The position numbers and the translations under genes were made by a program. The notes under the pieces are model-generated. The model was given only the letters and a program-made list of their open reading frames with translations, searched no databases and had not been told where the DNA came from. Below are positions 25,575 to 61,295 of a stretch of DNA of 64,000 nucleotides, piece after piece. Within the stretch, counting starts at the first letter, position 1. Every line of letters begins with the position of its first letter. Source of the DNA: Lingula anatina (Eukaryota > Animalia > Brachiopoda); contig CM120649.1 of NCBI GenBank assembly GCA_051362555.1, forward strand, positions 18,180,567 through 18,244,566. The letters are read 5' to 3'.

Positions 25575-28500
25575 TGCTCCCGGGGGTTTTAAACAGGACT
25601 ACATTCTTGCCTGTCCAGGCAAACTTAAACCAGTCCTGGTTTCACTCCAGCTGGCATTACCATCCGACAAATTACTGTCGGCAGTATATCAGTACGTGAC
25701 CCGGCAATGGATGGATGAATCCCCGTGACTCTTTTTTAAATGAGCCAAATGCAGCATTTTGGCCAAAAACCTATAATAAATATACTTTTTTCATATATCC
25801 CGCAGATGAGGGCGATAGGTACATGTTTTCTTTGCATTGCATTTTCACTTTTTGTTAGAAAATTACGGATTTGAAGAATTGAGCCCATAGCGCTGGAGTA
25901 AAAGCTAACGATATTAAATAGATTCAAGATGGAGCCGGTGGGTTCGATCATTCCTAGAGAACATTGTCATCTTACATTTCAGGAAAGCTTATCCAAAGTT
26001 TCTTTGACATGCCATTTATTATTTATTTATGGGTGCACCTTAAAATGTGATATGACAATTGTATAATTGTCTTTTTTTTCAACAAATTAAAGACAACAAC
26101 AACAGGCACTGTTTCAGATAAAATTTTATTTTCTTATAGCTTCATTGTTGCACAGAATTTGTTCTCATCAAGTGCGTATAATTAAAACTGGACATTGGCT
26201 CGCGCACATTGCAAGCTACAGGCGGAACTACCGGATCGTTAGGTTTAAAATGGTTGCCTTAAGACACTACCTGACAGTGAGACATTAATTAGAACTGGAC
26301 TGCCAGTGGCTCGGGATCTTTAACAATCCAGTAACTCAGCACATTGCTCTGAGTGTGCGCTGGATAAAACATGGACGTCTTGGTTAACGTGTTCTCGATT
26401 TCCAGTGACGCAATATTCATTCGAGACCCGTTTTTTAAACAACGGAACACCATATACTCTTTAATGAATTACTAATACAGTATCATAACGTTAAGGGTCA
26501 GTCAACGGTGAAAAAGCAAATTAAATATAGGTGTCGATGTCATGGTGAAAATGAAATAAATAAATAATATACATATCTCAACATGTTATTCACAGCTAAT
26601 TCGATGTACATTTGACTTCTACAATGCATATATCTTTAACACAAGACATACACTGGACTGTCGGTAACCCTACACTGTACTTACTTGTAGACCCTGTTGT
26701 AGAATCTAGGCACTGTTATACTAGACACATACCGGTACGTTAACTTGTATCAAAAGTGACATAATCTCATTTGTGTAATATCGAAAATATTTTAATTTTG
26801 GAGCTGTTGAAAATGTCCCATACTCCACCCTGCATGAGAAATCTTTTAACTTGTTCATGTTTTTTATTGACCATCATGATCAAGATTATGCAACCTTTAA
26901 AAGTGACCACCGTAATTAATACCATTGACACATATACCCAACTGGTCTGGAAGGTAAAAATACGAAGTTTCCTTAACTAAGGTCAATAAGATCATATTAT
27001 CTACATTATTATGTGACCTTCAGAAAGACCTTTTAGAAAGGTCATCATTTTCAAGTTAAAACACAATCCAGTGACCTTCAATGCACTTGAGGAAGCTTCA
27101 AAGTGCTGACCTTAAATCTATAGTGATACGCATTGGTTTGTCTTTTGTTTAGTTTTGTGAGCTCGTTTGTGGGAGACAAGGTCAGTGCAATAACATATTG
27201 TCTCTAAGGCACTTAAAATGTATTGTGGCACTGTCTCTATCACATCATAGATATGGCAGTTGGTTTTATAAATTCTGAAGCATAAATTACATATTTCACA
27301 TCATATCTACATCTATACACATCTCCATCACAACTTAAACAAATTTAAAAAGAACTTAACAGAAAATCTTATAAATATACAATAAACAATATTCAGATAT
27401 TCAGTGTATATATTTTCACAACAGATGTCACTAGGGGTCCAAGAGAAACCTGAGGAAAACCAAGAATAAAACTTGCCATTGATTTCAGACGCATCCATAC
27501 ACCCAGCATCGTTCTTAAATTTTCTGCGGTATCATAACAATCATAATACCAGATATCATGATACTTAACCTACAAAATGATATATATATATACATACATA
27601 CATGTATACTTAAGTGCTCTTAATAACAAAACGTCATTCACGTGCTCAAAATAACAACGGATAAAACATCTATAAGATATACAGTCTGTGACCTCCAGTT
27701 TCCTTATAAAATTATATATAAAACATCGAAGTAAAACAGAACTTGTACCAACCACAAAGTCACTAATATACAGTACTTAAAAACCATACTATGTTTTTTA
27801 TATCAATCTAAATAACACCTCAACCCTCCTGTAAAACATCATTGCCTTCAGTCTGAATATGTCATGGCTATGATTGCAAGAATTAAAAATATCCAATTGG
27901 GCCACTTGCTTTTTCTGTATTGAACTGATTACATTACTGGGTCTGTAAATGCACTAAATCACAATGAAGAATGGGCAATGTAGACATCCTTTGTTAAATG
28001 CAGTCCCAATGACGCAGTGTTCTACGTTTCTGAAAAAAGTTGAAGATTGGGGGGAGGGGTGGTTACGGGGGCAACACAGCCCCACCCCTGGCAGTCTATG
28101 GCCCTGGTGGTAAGCTATTATAATATCAAGAAATATTTTTTCAGATTACACTTTCTAATAACATGTATAGTACATCCCAACCTGCTTTTATCTTTTAGTG
28201 CCTCGAATTAATATAACATTCACAGTGAGGATATATCAACCAGTAAACTTTATAATATGGCACTTTCCAGTCCATTTACACTGAAGATGGCGCTGCAGTT
28301 GTCAACTGACTGCATCCTCTTCTATATTTCCTGGATATGTTGTCATGGAATCTTTACAGACTTTGAAGAAGTACACTTCACCAATCTATTGCTAATATAT
28401 TCTATAGCAATATTGATAACATTTTCTACAGAATATACTTCTGATCACCAAACATTCCCTGTTGGCCAAGGTTTTCACAAGTCTCAAGTCAGAAATAATA

Positions 28501-28980
28501 TCATATCTTTTGCATGAGGCAAGTTACATTACTGCATGGTACCTCAGTGCACAGTTTGAGTTCCTTCTCTTCAAATTCATTCATCATCTTGGTATTAATT
28601 TCCCTGAATGGTTCCAATATATCATAAAGTTTCAAAAATATCAATACATCATTTCAGATTTTAGTAAACTTTCCACACAAAAAAGGTTTTACCTTTAACT
28701 TCCTGAAATCTCATGAATGGTAAAGTCAAGGAATAGCCCATATCAAGATTACAAGGACAGACATGTTAAAATTATAAATCTGGTAATGGTTTGAATCTCA
28801 ATAAATCACTCCTTGTAAAACTTCAAAATGGTCCCAAACCCTCAACTTTAACTCTCATTACCCAAAATCTCAACTTCAAATATTAAAAAAAAATGATCTT
28901 CAATAAAACTCCAAATTTCATTGTTTAATTTCTTTAAAAAATAAAAACCCAATATTAAAACTCCTAAGTTTGGCTCCATG

Positions 28981-51204
<22,224 letters not shown>

Positions 51205-52311
51205 TTCCACGGTAATTATAATATAAAAACAATCCTGTGTTATAATTTAACCTCCATCATAACATCTTCATCATGTCCATAGCATTTCAACGTCCAAACG
51301 CCGCTCTTCCTGCGAGAGTTCTATCACTTGTCAAAACATGCCTCCTCGCAAAATATACCTAATTGGAGCCCTCGAGCTATTCATAGAAGGCGAATCACCG
51401 CCTGTAATGAGTGTAAAAATAGCAGTGTGATTAAGCAAACTACGTGCTTAATGCGCCCGGCTAACGTTTGCAGCAAAATATGAAAATCACATTTACAACA
51501 GGCCAGGCCAGGTAGTATACAACTCATGTAACTAGTTCACCGTATTAAAATGGAATCTAATACGATATTTTGCTGTTCCTTCTCTCCCCTCGATACTAAG
51601 CGTCACAACATGGACTTGAAATCAGCTCTTTTCCCACCGTCAAGTGACCGGTCTTCTACCTTGACAGTGTCATTCTGCCTGGGACGCTGTCAACTGTGCA
51701 ACTGGTTAAGAGTGTCGCTCGGCTGTCACCAGCGGCTTGACCTACTTTGTGTCGTCGGGGAGGTTCATGGAACAGCCCATAATACGAGCGTTAGTTTTGG
51801 ATATATTTACAGTGCAATATTCTTTTTTGTTTGCATAAACAGACATAAAATGAAATTTTGATTGACTGAAAATATTATAACTTATTTGATGAATATTAAA
51901 AATATAATTTAGAAACTTTACCTTTTGAAGGATATAGGCGAAACTAAAGACAAATTACGGAATTACATCTGCATTTAAACTCTGCAGTACGTCAGAAATT
52001 GCCGTTCGGGGGAAAAATACTTCAATAAGTTGCGTATGATTACATGAAGGCAAGTATTATATCAGAACTCTCATGACAAGAATCTTAGAGAACACACTAT
52101 CTTACTCGAGATATAGTTTTATTCGGTAAAGCTACGTGTTTGTGGTGGTCACAGCTCGATGATAAAAAGATCCCAAAGTAGGAAAGGCAATGGCAAGCGC
52201 CGCGGCAGGGAGCAAATGGTATTGTATTACCGACCCGTGTATTCACTGGTATTGGTATTATGATAAGTGTCCGTGACGCTCTTTGTGCGTAGGAGTGATT
52301 CACGTTAAGTG
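51205..52311. promoter_or_regulatory. Probable bidirectional promoter region between PRKX and the IQ-SCHIP1-like gene
   Basis: The two genes are head-to-head and the region is richer in CpG than the flanking introns. A candidate 5' leader exon on + ends at GTG|GTAAAT (52311). Confidence 0.55.
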
Positions 52312-52868
52312 GTAAATACAAAACTTTTGTTAACTCGCCTTACTCGATAGAAAACGGGGAAACAGAAGTTACCACTTCACGAGCACATACTAATACGTTT
52401 ATTTTCAGAATTTAGAATGGGCTTTATTAGAATTAAAGTCAAAGAAATTCAATTGTTTTTGTTTTTAGAGGAACATCCATACACCTGCATAGTTTTATCT
52501 GCACTTGGGCAAATTATCTTAAAGAAAACCCCCATTTTAATTTCTTACTTGTGTTTCATTGATCAGTTTGTCCCTGTATTTGGTTTTCATGTTTTATTTT
52601 ATTACTAATTAAATAACTAAATGTGTTTTTGCCTGGTGTCCTATATTGTAGGCAGTGAGATAATTATAATGAAAAACAGTCAGACTCCACAGTTTCTCTT
52701 GCTTAGTCTGACAACCATTATCACCTGCATCTTAAAAGTGTATTTTGTACAAAATTCTAAAATCTATTTTCCTTTCTTCTGTATGGTATCCTTTTATTAC
52801 TAGTGCAAGATTGTTAAATGGGAAACATGTTTTGATCCCCTTTCTAGGGTAATGGTCAACCCAGCATA

Positions 52869-54653
52869 ATGGACAGTAATGTTGTAATGGACAGTCTACT
52901 GGCCACGGGGGAAGATCTCTCTCTTGACCAGCCGAATATTGACCAACTGAGACAGGACAGGATGGACAGAAATAGAGCTGTCATGGAGGTAATGTTCTTC
53001 ACAATTGTCAGATATTTAGCAGGCAAACGATTGCCGAGGCTAGTGAGTTTTTTTTTTTTTTTTTTTTTTTTTTAGCAAAAGAATTAATGGGGAAAGAGTG
53101 GGAATAGGAGTGAGACAAATAGAGAAAGTTTCGTGAACCAACCTTTTTAGACTGTGACCTCAAAGTCCAACATCTTCCACTCTGATCATATTTATTTCAT
53201 TTGTTATATATTGCATCTCAACCTTTGACATAACTTCTGTTAAAGCCTAAGCTTAACTCATGTTAACAAGTAATATCTAATGATGCACATGTGAAGTAGC
53301 AATATTAAATAACCTGTCAATATAATTTCAGGCACTTGATCCACAGGCTGCTAAGACTACCATACCACAGGTAGGTGTTGAGGACAGACGTACGCATGCT
53401 CTTACTTGGCTGAAGATTGGCTAAAATATTGAGTTTTCTTTTCAATATTGTCAACCCTTATGTGGAATTTGATAAAGACAATTAAAACAAATTGTATGAG
53501 GAGAATTTATGAAAGTCCAATTTTCTACCCTTTGCTTATACAAAATGTTTAGTTTCCAGTCATCATCTGTTATTTTTTAATTTATGTAGCAGTGATATAT
53601 TTTATCTAATGATAATAATAATAATAATATATTTATTTTAAGTCTAAATTCCAAATCTGTTCAGTTGACTTAACAATAAGTGCAATTATATGGGGTAAAT
53701 ACATATAAAACAGTTTGGCGCCTGGCCATTATGATCTGGGTTGACAATCTCGCCTCCCTGGGGAGGATATACTTTCAGGTGGACAATTTAGGTGTAGCTG
53801 AGCATGCCACGGTGTATCCAGATTGTATAATATACCTATGAGCTCTTTTCACATTGTGCATTACACATAATTTATATAACAGCTACTGTATACATATTTT
53901 ATTTCAGGTGGACAATCTAAGTGCTGCCGAGCATGCCGCGGTGTGTATTCAGTCTCACTACAGAGGACACCTGGGGAGAAAGAAATACACAGAACTGCTG
54001 TATCAGCAGTTTGAAAAGGTACTGAGACAGTGTATATGATATACCTTTGGACTCTTTTCACATAGTGTATTACACACTGGGCACTAAGGGTGCTTTCCCA
54101 GAGATTTAGATCGATCTAAAGATTAAGTTTTAGATCGACCTAACTCCCTGGGGGTTCAGGCTAAATTGCAGTCAGCCGAGCGGACACCATAGTTAATTAC
54201 CCCCTTACAGCTTTTAGTAGGCGGGACAGACGCTTAAGCCAGCCAAGCTGACAGAAATCTAGTGAGACTCCCCACAGGGATAGATCGATCTAAAAATCTA
54301 TGGAAATGGGGTGTAAGTCCATCTCCCCAAGTATTTTGACACAGATATGTGCAATGCACGGTGTGAAAAAGGTTAAAATAAAGAGAACATTCATAGGGAC
54401 AGTTCACAAATAGATATTTTTTTTAAATCTAGTGCTGAATCAGCTCTTGCTGAATGCAATCAGATTAACGTCTCTTCCTGACATTGAGTATAACAGTCTG
54501 TGTTATTTGTCTTCTCTACAGGAAGAGGCACTGAGGTATGAAAAGATGCAGAAGCAGTTAGAAGAAGGGGAGTTGTTGGTTGCGAAGTAAGTAGGTTTAC
54601 GGTAATGGCTCGAACTTTTCAACCAAGAAAATTGTATTTTTTTAAGTGATAAA

Positions 54654-54731
<78 letters not shown>

Positions 54732-57700
54732 CTATTGAGTGGTAGAAACAGAATTGAAAAGCAGACTACCTAATAGTTCTCTTCTGTAAAGCACCAAAAT
54801 GCTATATAGAAATGTAGTTTTTATGATTCCAAAATTATGTATCTGAAAATTTTTTTTTATTTTTTTTTTTTAAATTTTGTCATATTTGGGTCGTGAAAGC
54901 TATTGAACAAAGAATTTGATGCTCAATTCAAAACATACAGACATGGTTTATCTTCCAAACTCATACCACACATGACTGTGATTTGATCCATACGATGTGT
55001 TGGGTCTGTAGGTCTCGACAACTTCCATGGTATAAGTGATGGTAGGCTGCATTCTGAACAGACCGAGGGTCAAATATGATGACCCACTACAAAGCTTGCC
55101 ATGTAATCCCCTAATAGACACTGAATAGATTCCCAGTGGGGAAGTATTCAAGTGGGTCAGCCATTTTTGTTCTGAATGAGGCTATACATCAATATGGGAC
55201 TTCCAATTGTCTTTTGTCTTGGTACTTCGTCACACCTAACACACTCCTCTAACACTTTCTCACACTTTATATCATATCTTAACTCAGTCACACATTTGGT
55301 TTAGTGAGTCACACCCAACACAATGTATATACATAGTCTTTCAAGGTTTGGAAATATTTGTTCAAGTTTTATTTTCAGCTCTTGGTTTCTGAGATGGTAT
55401 TTAAACCTCTTATTTTCTTTTTTCTCTTACCTAACTCTACATGTAATAATGTTTATGTGAAGAGGTTTTGCAGAAAAATTGGTAGAACTATAGATAACTG
55501 TGATGACAAGCACATAGAATAAATAAATCAAGCCCACAAAACCCACAACACCACAAACTTTGACACTTAATGAAGCTTCAAACTACAATTATAAAACAGG
55601 TCCTATAAGGCAGTGAAATAATTTTTTCTTTTAGTATTTTTGACAACATTGAATTGTCTGGCATGTAAAGGACCCTTTAATGAAGGGTCATACTGGAGTG
55701 AGTTATACATTAAAAATAACATATTCATCTCTTTAGAAATGATGAACATTTTTACCAATTCTTATCAGCTTTGATAAGAAAAAAAGTGGGGTCTCATGAA
55801 AGTTGGACCAAAAGATGGCGCTGGGTGCATTATTTTAATCAGATGGACAAGGTTGATCTGCTCGTAGAAGATGTAGATTTGTAGCAAGTGGGTACTTGTA
55901 GTGATTAATGTATTATTTGGTACATAATGTCAGTATTGGTTGTGTAGTTAAAATCATGATGTAACTATTCAACATTTAGAAATCTTTTTATCTGTGTTCT
56001 GTAAATTTGTAGAACAATATTGGGACTTAGTTAGCTAATTCTGAAATCTGTTCAATATTCAGAAATATTTTACTGTGTCAGTGCAATTTTAGCTGCTTGT
56101 ATTAGAGAACAGAATGTTAGCACAATATATTGGGTTTGTGATGACTGAAAATGTGTTCAATATTCTATAGCCCTTTCTCTATCATATATGTGTCATGCCG
56201 TAGTCTCTGATATCTGAAAAAAGTCAATATTCCGAAAGCCTGGAAAGTACCATTACTCCATCTGTAGCTATGTCTAAGATGGTTGAAATATTAGCAGAGC
56301 TAGCTGTTGGATATATGATATATATCCATATTGTTCAATATTCGTGAACATTGTTCAATATTCGTGAACATTTTTCTCAATCATCTGATAGTCTGTCGGT
56401 ATGTTTGTGTGGAGATTGGACTACACATTATCAGGCACCGGGTCAATACGTGATAAAATACATGGTTAGCAGTTGGCCATTTGCCCAGTGTCTAAATGGA
56501 GGAAAGATAGATCCAGCCAGAATTCTACAAATTCTCAAATATGACTAAGTGACATATTGAGTGTTATTTCATTTGAAAGTTACCTTTATATAAATGTTTT
56601 TATATTTATCTTAATATTAGATTTATCATTATGTCCCACTATTTTTAAGTAAAAAAAATAGCCTCTTTTGAATTGAGATATGAAGAAAAAACTTGCCAAC
56701 TTATGCTTGCTTCCTGATTTTTACATAAATATTTGGATGTCATTTAAGCACCCCTCCCTCCCCCCCCCCCAAAAAAAAAAAAAAAAAAAAGTTACATGAA
56801 TTGTCTCCTGCATGTCGGCTCAAAAGTGCCTAATTTTGTTAGCACCAAGATAATTAGATCACAGACAAACCAGATGTATGCTGAAGGGAGCAGATCTTCC
56901 TGTATATTAAGTGTGGTGATGCTATTGTACAACAGCCTTAAGCTAAACGGCTGTGTGGTGTTGGGGAGTCTGCAGACACTTTTTATTTTCACTATCGATT
57001 GATCAGAGTGCTCCGCAGTGTTATCAGACTGTACTGACTCATGTATTTACTCTTTTATTGATATGTTCTCTACAGCTAGGGGTATCCTGCAGTGAACCAA
57101 AGCTGCTCAGTTTTATTTTTAATAACTGAAGATATGTAATTTAAGAAAAACTCAAAAATAGGCTAGAAATTGTCTTTTTCTTTTCATGATTGAGGATAAC
57201 ATAATGAATTTTAAAAAGAATGTCTTGACTCATTTATTTCTGCTGAGTTTCCAGGCTGACTCATATGTTGTTTACTCCTTCCTAACTGCACAATTATGTG
57301 CTGAATACATGTAGTTAATACACTATTCACCTGAATTTTTCAGTCATCTTACTTTTTTTAATATACTACATTTTCATGATTTATTGTTTAAAGATGTTCA
57401 CAACATCGCACTTGTGACATAAAGAGAACCAATTTTTTAGTATATTTGAATAAGCATCTTTTTCTTAGCAGAGGAAGGGGGATTATTGATTCATGGAGTA
57501 TGATTTTATTGAGTCATTATCTTACAATTAAACCTGCACTCTCTAACATTCTGTGCACTACTAGTGCTCATCTCTAATACAAGAGGAATTGACTTACAAA
57601 AGTTTGCGTCATTATTTACAATATATGAACACCATGGGTATACTGTTTAGTTTTATAATTATTGTTTATACTGATTATTGTCTCAAAATTGATACAAGTT

Positions 57701-57780
57701 TCATTCGAATGTATCTTTATGTCTGATACACACACACATGCACATACACATGCACGCACACACACATACACACACATACG

Positions 57781-57816
<36 letters not shown>

Positions 57817-58471
57817 GCCAACTTGGCAAAGACTGAAATACTGTGACAGAAAATGGAAAAAGGAAAAAAAAAAAGGTACAAGCAGAGACAGCATGCTATA
57901 ATTTAATTCATAAAACTGCAGCACTTCCAGACGGCTGTAATTGTCATCAACATCATGCCATTTCCATTTCTATTTCAACTGAAAGCTTACGGAGAACTCA
58001 ATAAAGTGGCTTCTGAAGTTAATCCATGTGTTGTATGTGGTAAAGGGCACTTCTTGCTCACGTATAATGACATAAAAGACATCTATTTAAGGCGAGGGCA
58101 GCAGAATTCTCAGACTAAAAATGATCACGTTACATGGCAAATTGAGATCCATGGTTTTATTTCCTCTCTGTGTGCTGTAGACTTAATTCAGGTAATCACT
58201 TAATTCAAGTGAAAATTGAATGATTGTACTTCTCGTATGCCTCACAATTATGACTCATTAGTGAAACATGAAAAAGAAGATGCAAATGATTTGAAAGTGA
58301 ATATGTTGTGGCAAAAAGTATAACTATGTATTTACATTGATTTAATGCATAATTGGTAAAATTTGAGAATGTGAATATGAAAACTTCCAGGTAACACTGT
58401 ATATATTCGTTTTTGTATTTTATTTATTACAGCAATGGGAGATTCAATGGAGGGCACAAAGGGCCCCCTAA

Positions 58472-58502
<31 letters not shown>

Positions 58503-59178
58503 AAAAAAATGCTTTAATCCTCATGGTCCTTCCATTAGCAAAATTTTGGATGTGGGAGTTTACAAGAGAAGCAATATCTCCATTACATGTGCCATAGTAA
58601 TTAGAATGAAATTACCCTCATCTACCGCTTAAGTTTTATGTGTGAAGCATATTTCAGCAATTATTTTTATCCTTGTGCAAAATGCTAGGTCTGCCAGATT
58701 ATGGGTCCTTGGAAGCTTTGTGACCTTGTCCTTTGAGTGTTTGCTTTTAATTCTCCGTAGCTTTAAACTAAAACTGGTCAGAATGCGACCACCACCATAT
58801 CAGGGAGTTATATCTGTTCAAATAGCAGCAATGTGGGTGAAGTTTAAGTGATATTGAGCAAGTAGCTGGGAGCTTGATGTAATACTTGACTCAGTATTGA
58901 TCTTGGTAGACAACAGACTTTCACTCCAATAATATAAGAGTAACTGTGTAGATTGCATAGATTGCACTCACAGGCGTGCACAGAAACCTTATGTGAAACT
59001 GCTCAGTGCAAGAAGGTCTGTACTAGTAGGTATGTGGGTTTTTTTTCTTACTATCTCATGGCTTGGTGCCGACTCAGCTGAGTATAAGGCTTTGAATATA
59101 GTAGTTTTGATAGAACCATTACGTTATTGTTGCTCTCTTTAGGTGCTGTATGTGTGTGTGTGTATATATATTTGCGTG

Positions 59179-59231
<53 letters not shown>

Positions 59232-61250
59232 ATTTGCATGTGTGTGTGTATGTTTGCATGTGTGTGTGTGTGTGCAGGAGATGATGTTGGCTCACACTAA
59301 AGTACTAGTAGGTTTAATAAACCAACAGGGCACTGGGCTTACCCTAGTGTGAGGAATGGGAAGACCCTTGTTCAGCCAGTTCATGTACATTATATGCTGT
59401 ACTGACAGTGGCAGTATGATAGAACTACCATGACTTCATTGCTAGGGGAGTAAAGACCAACAAATATTAGATCTTGTCAATAAGGTGAATTATTACTTTA
59501 TACTTATTACTTCATATTTCATTTATAATATTATATACCATCAAAGGTTGGAAAATTGGATCCACATTCCTTTATATTTCCATGACATCAAAGCGGGAAA
59601 ATTTGGGCCCACTAGATAATTTCAAGAGATAAGATTAATGGGATCCCCATAATATTGTACGTTAAGTTTTATATGGACTGGGGATCATTTTTAGAAAAAA
59701 GTGATAAAATATTGATATGTTGCTGGTATAACTCTTGAATTATTTTTAGCTTAAAAGCTTAGGTCAAATGTCAGTTGTATGCGTCAGGGGGACATACCAG
59801 TAGATGAATATTGTTGAAATATAGTGGGAAATGTTTCCAATACAAATGATATACAGTATTTGACTCCAAAGCTGTACTAATGTGGGTTTAGCCATGTGAA
59901 TAGAATTTCTGTAAAGAGATGTCTACTCCACAGACAGTACAGTGATAATCCTCTTTGATGTTCTATTCTATTTTCTGGTGCTGTATTTTATATTATACTA
60001 TACTATGGCACTGTTTTCTATTCTTGTCTATTCTATTCCAATTTGATGCTGTGTTATGGTATGTTGTGTTTTTAAGTTTTAGGGCGCATTGAGAACACAG
60101 ACATGAGCCTTTTCTGCGTTTTTTGATGCAATTCTGATGGTTCCTGAGATTCGTCAAGGCTGGGTGTTGGGTCCCATGATAAACGTTTGGATTTTTAAAA
60201 AAATTTTTTTTAACCAAGGCTCATATCCAAGAACAAGTTGATCTGCAGACTAACCAGTCCGCGGATTAAGTATGTCGCCAGCGACATGAAAGCGTGCCAA
60301 GATTTAACTCCTCAGCTGCCCTTGCTGAGATTCAACAAGTGAGAGGTGGGAATCCATTGTCAAGTGCACGCCATATTCAATACACAGACAGACTAATTAG
60401 TCCGCAGGTCAACTTTGTCGTGAATATTCTCTTAGTTTATATAATCTTGCACATCCAGGATTAAACTCTTGCATAATCAATGTCATGTCTATAGTCTTGG
60501 TCTGACATTTACACAGTGTGTAGTGTTGAGTTAAAGTGCACACAATTACCAATAGGGTGTGATGACATTTCTATCACTCAGACATTATAATACTATTATA
60601 ATTATAATAGCTATTGGTAAGACTGGTGTTAACTGGTTTTTCTATGGCTTTATTGGTTCCAGGCTTTGACTGCATGATTATTCACTTCGGCTATGAAAAA
60701 AACACGGTATTAAAACAGCTGCTTCATTTTTTGTCAACTTTCCTGCCTTAATAATGTGATGAAGATTTAGTTCTTCTTTAAAGCTGGAATCTATACCAGA
60801 CAGTCCCCAGATAATCATGGTTGTCTTGAGGTATTATCTTTTATGCTGGGTTGGACACAAAGAAAGAGGCAAATATTATTTTTCTCTGAAATCCATTTAG
60901 CTTTCTTGGAAATTATCACATCCTTAATCTATGTCTGTAGCTATGTCTGTGTACTGCCGAGATTACACATGTATTGCTGCGTGGCCTTGTGCAGGGAAAT
61001 ATATTTATTTATATTGGGTATTAGGAAACTGATGGATTTCCTAATGGAATAACATTAGGTTGGAGGATAAAAAAGAAATGACTATAATATTGTCCTTAGA
61101 TGATGACCTTGTCACATATTTCAACTGTGTGTCCATTGTTTCTTTTATATACACACATGCACAGGTGCTCGCACACCACTCACAAATGCTTCCTCAAACA
61201 AACGTGCAGAAATTCACATACACGCATACACATATGTACATGCACGTGTG

Positions 61251-61295
<45 letters not shown>

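Noticed and set aside
56005-56375. Recurring TGTTCAATATTC motif cluster in the large SCHIP1-like intron
   Set aside because: Spacing is irregular and one pair is a simple 20-bp tandem duplication; it is most likely a decayed repeat.
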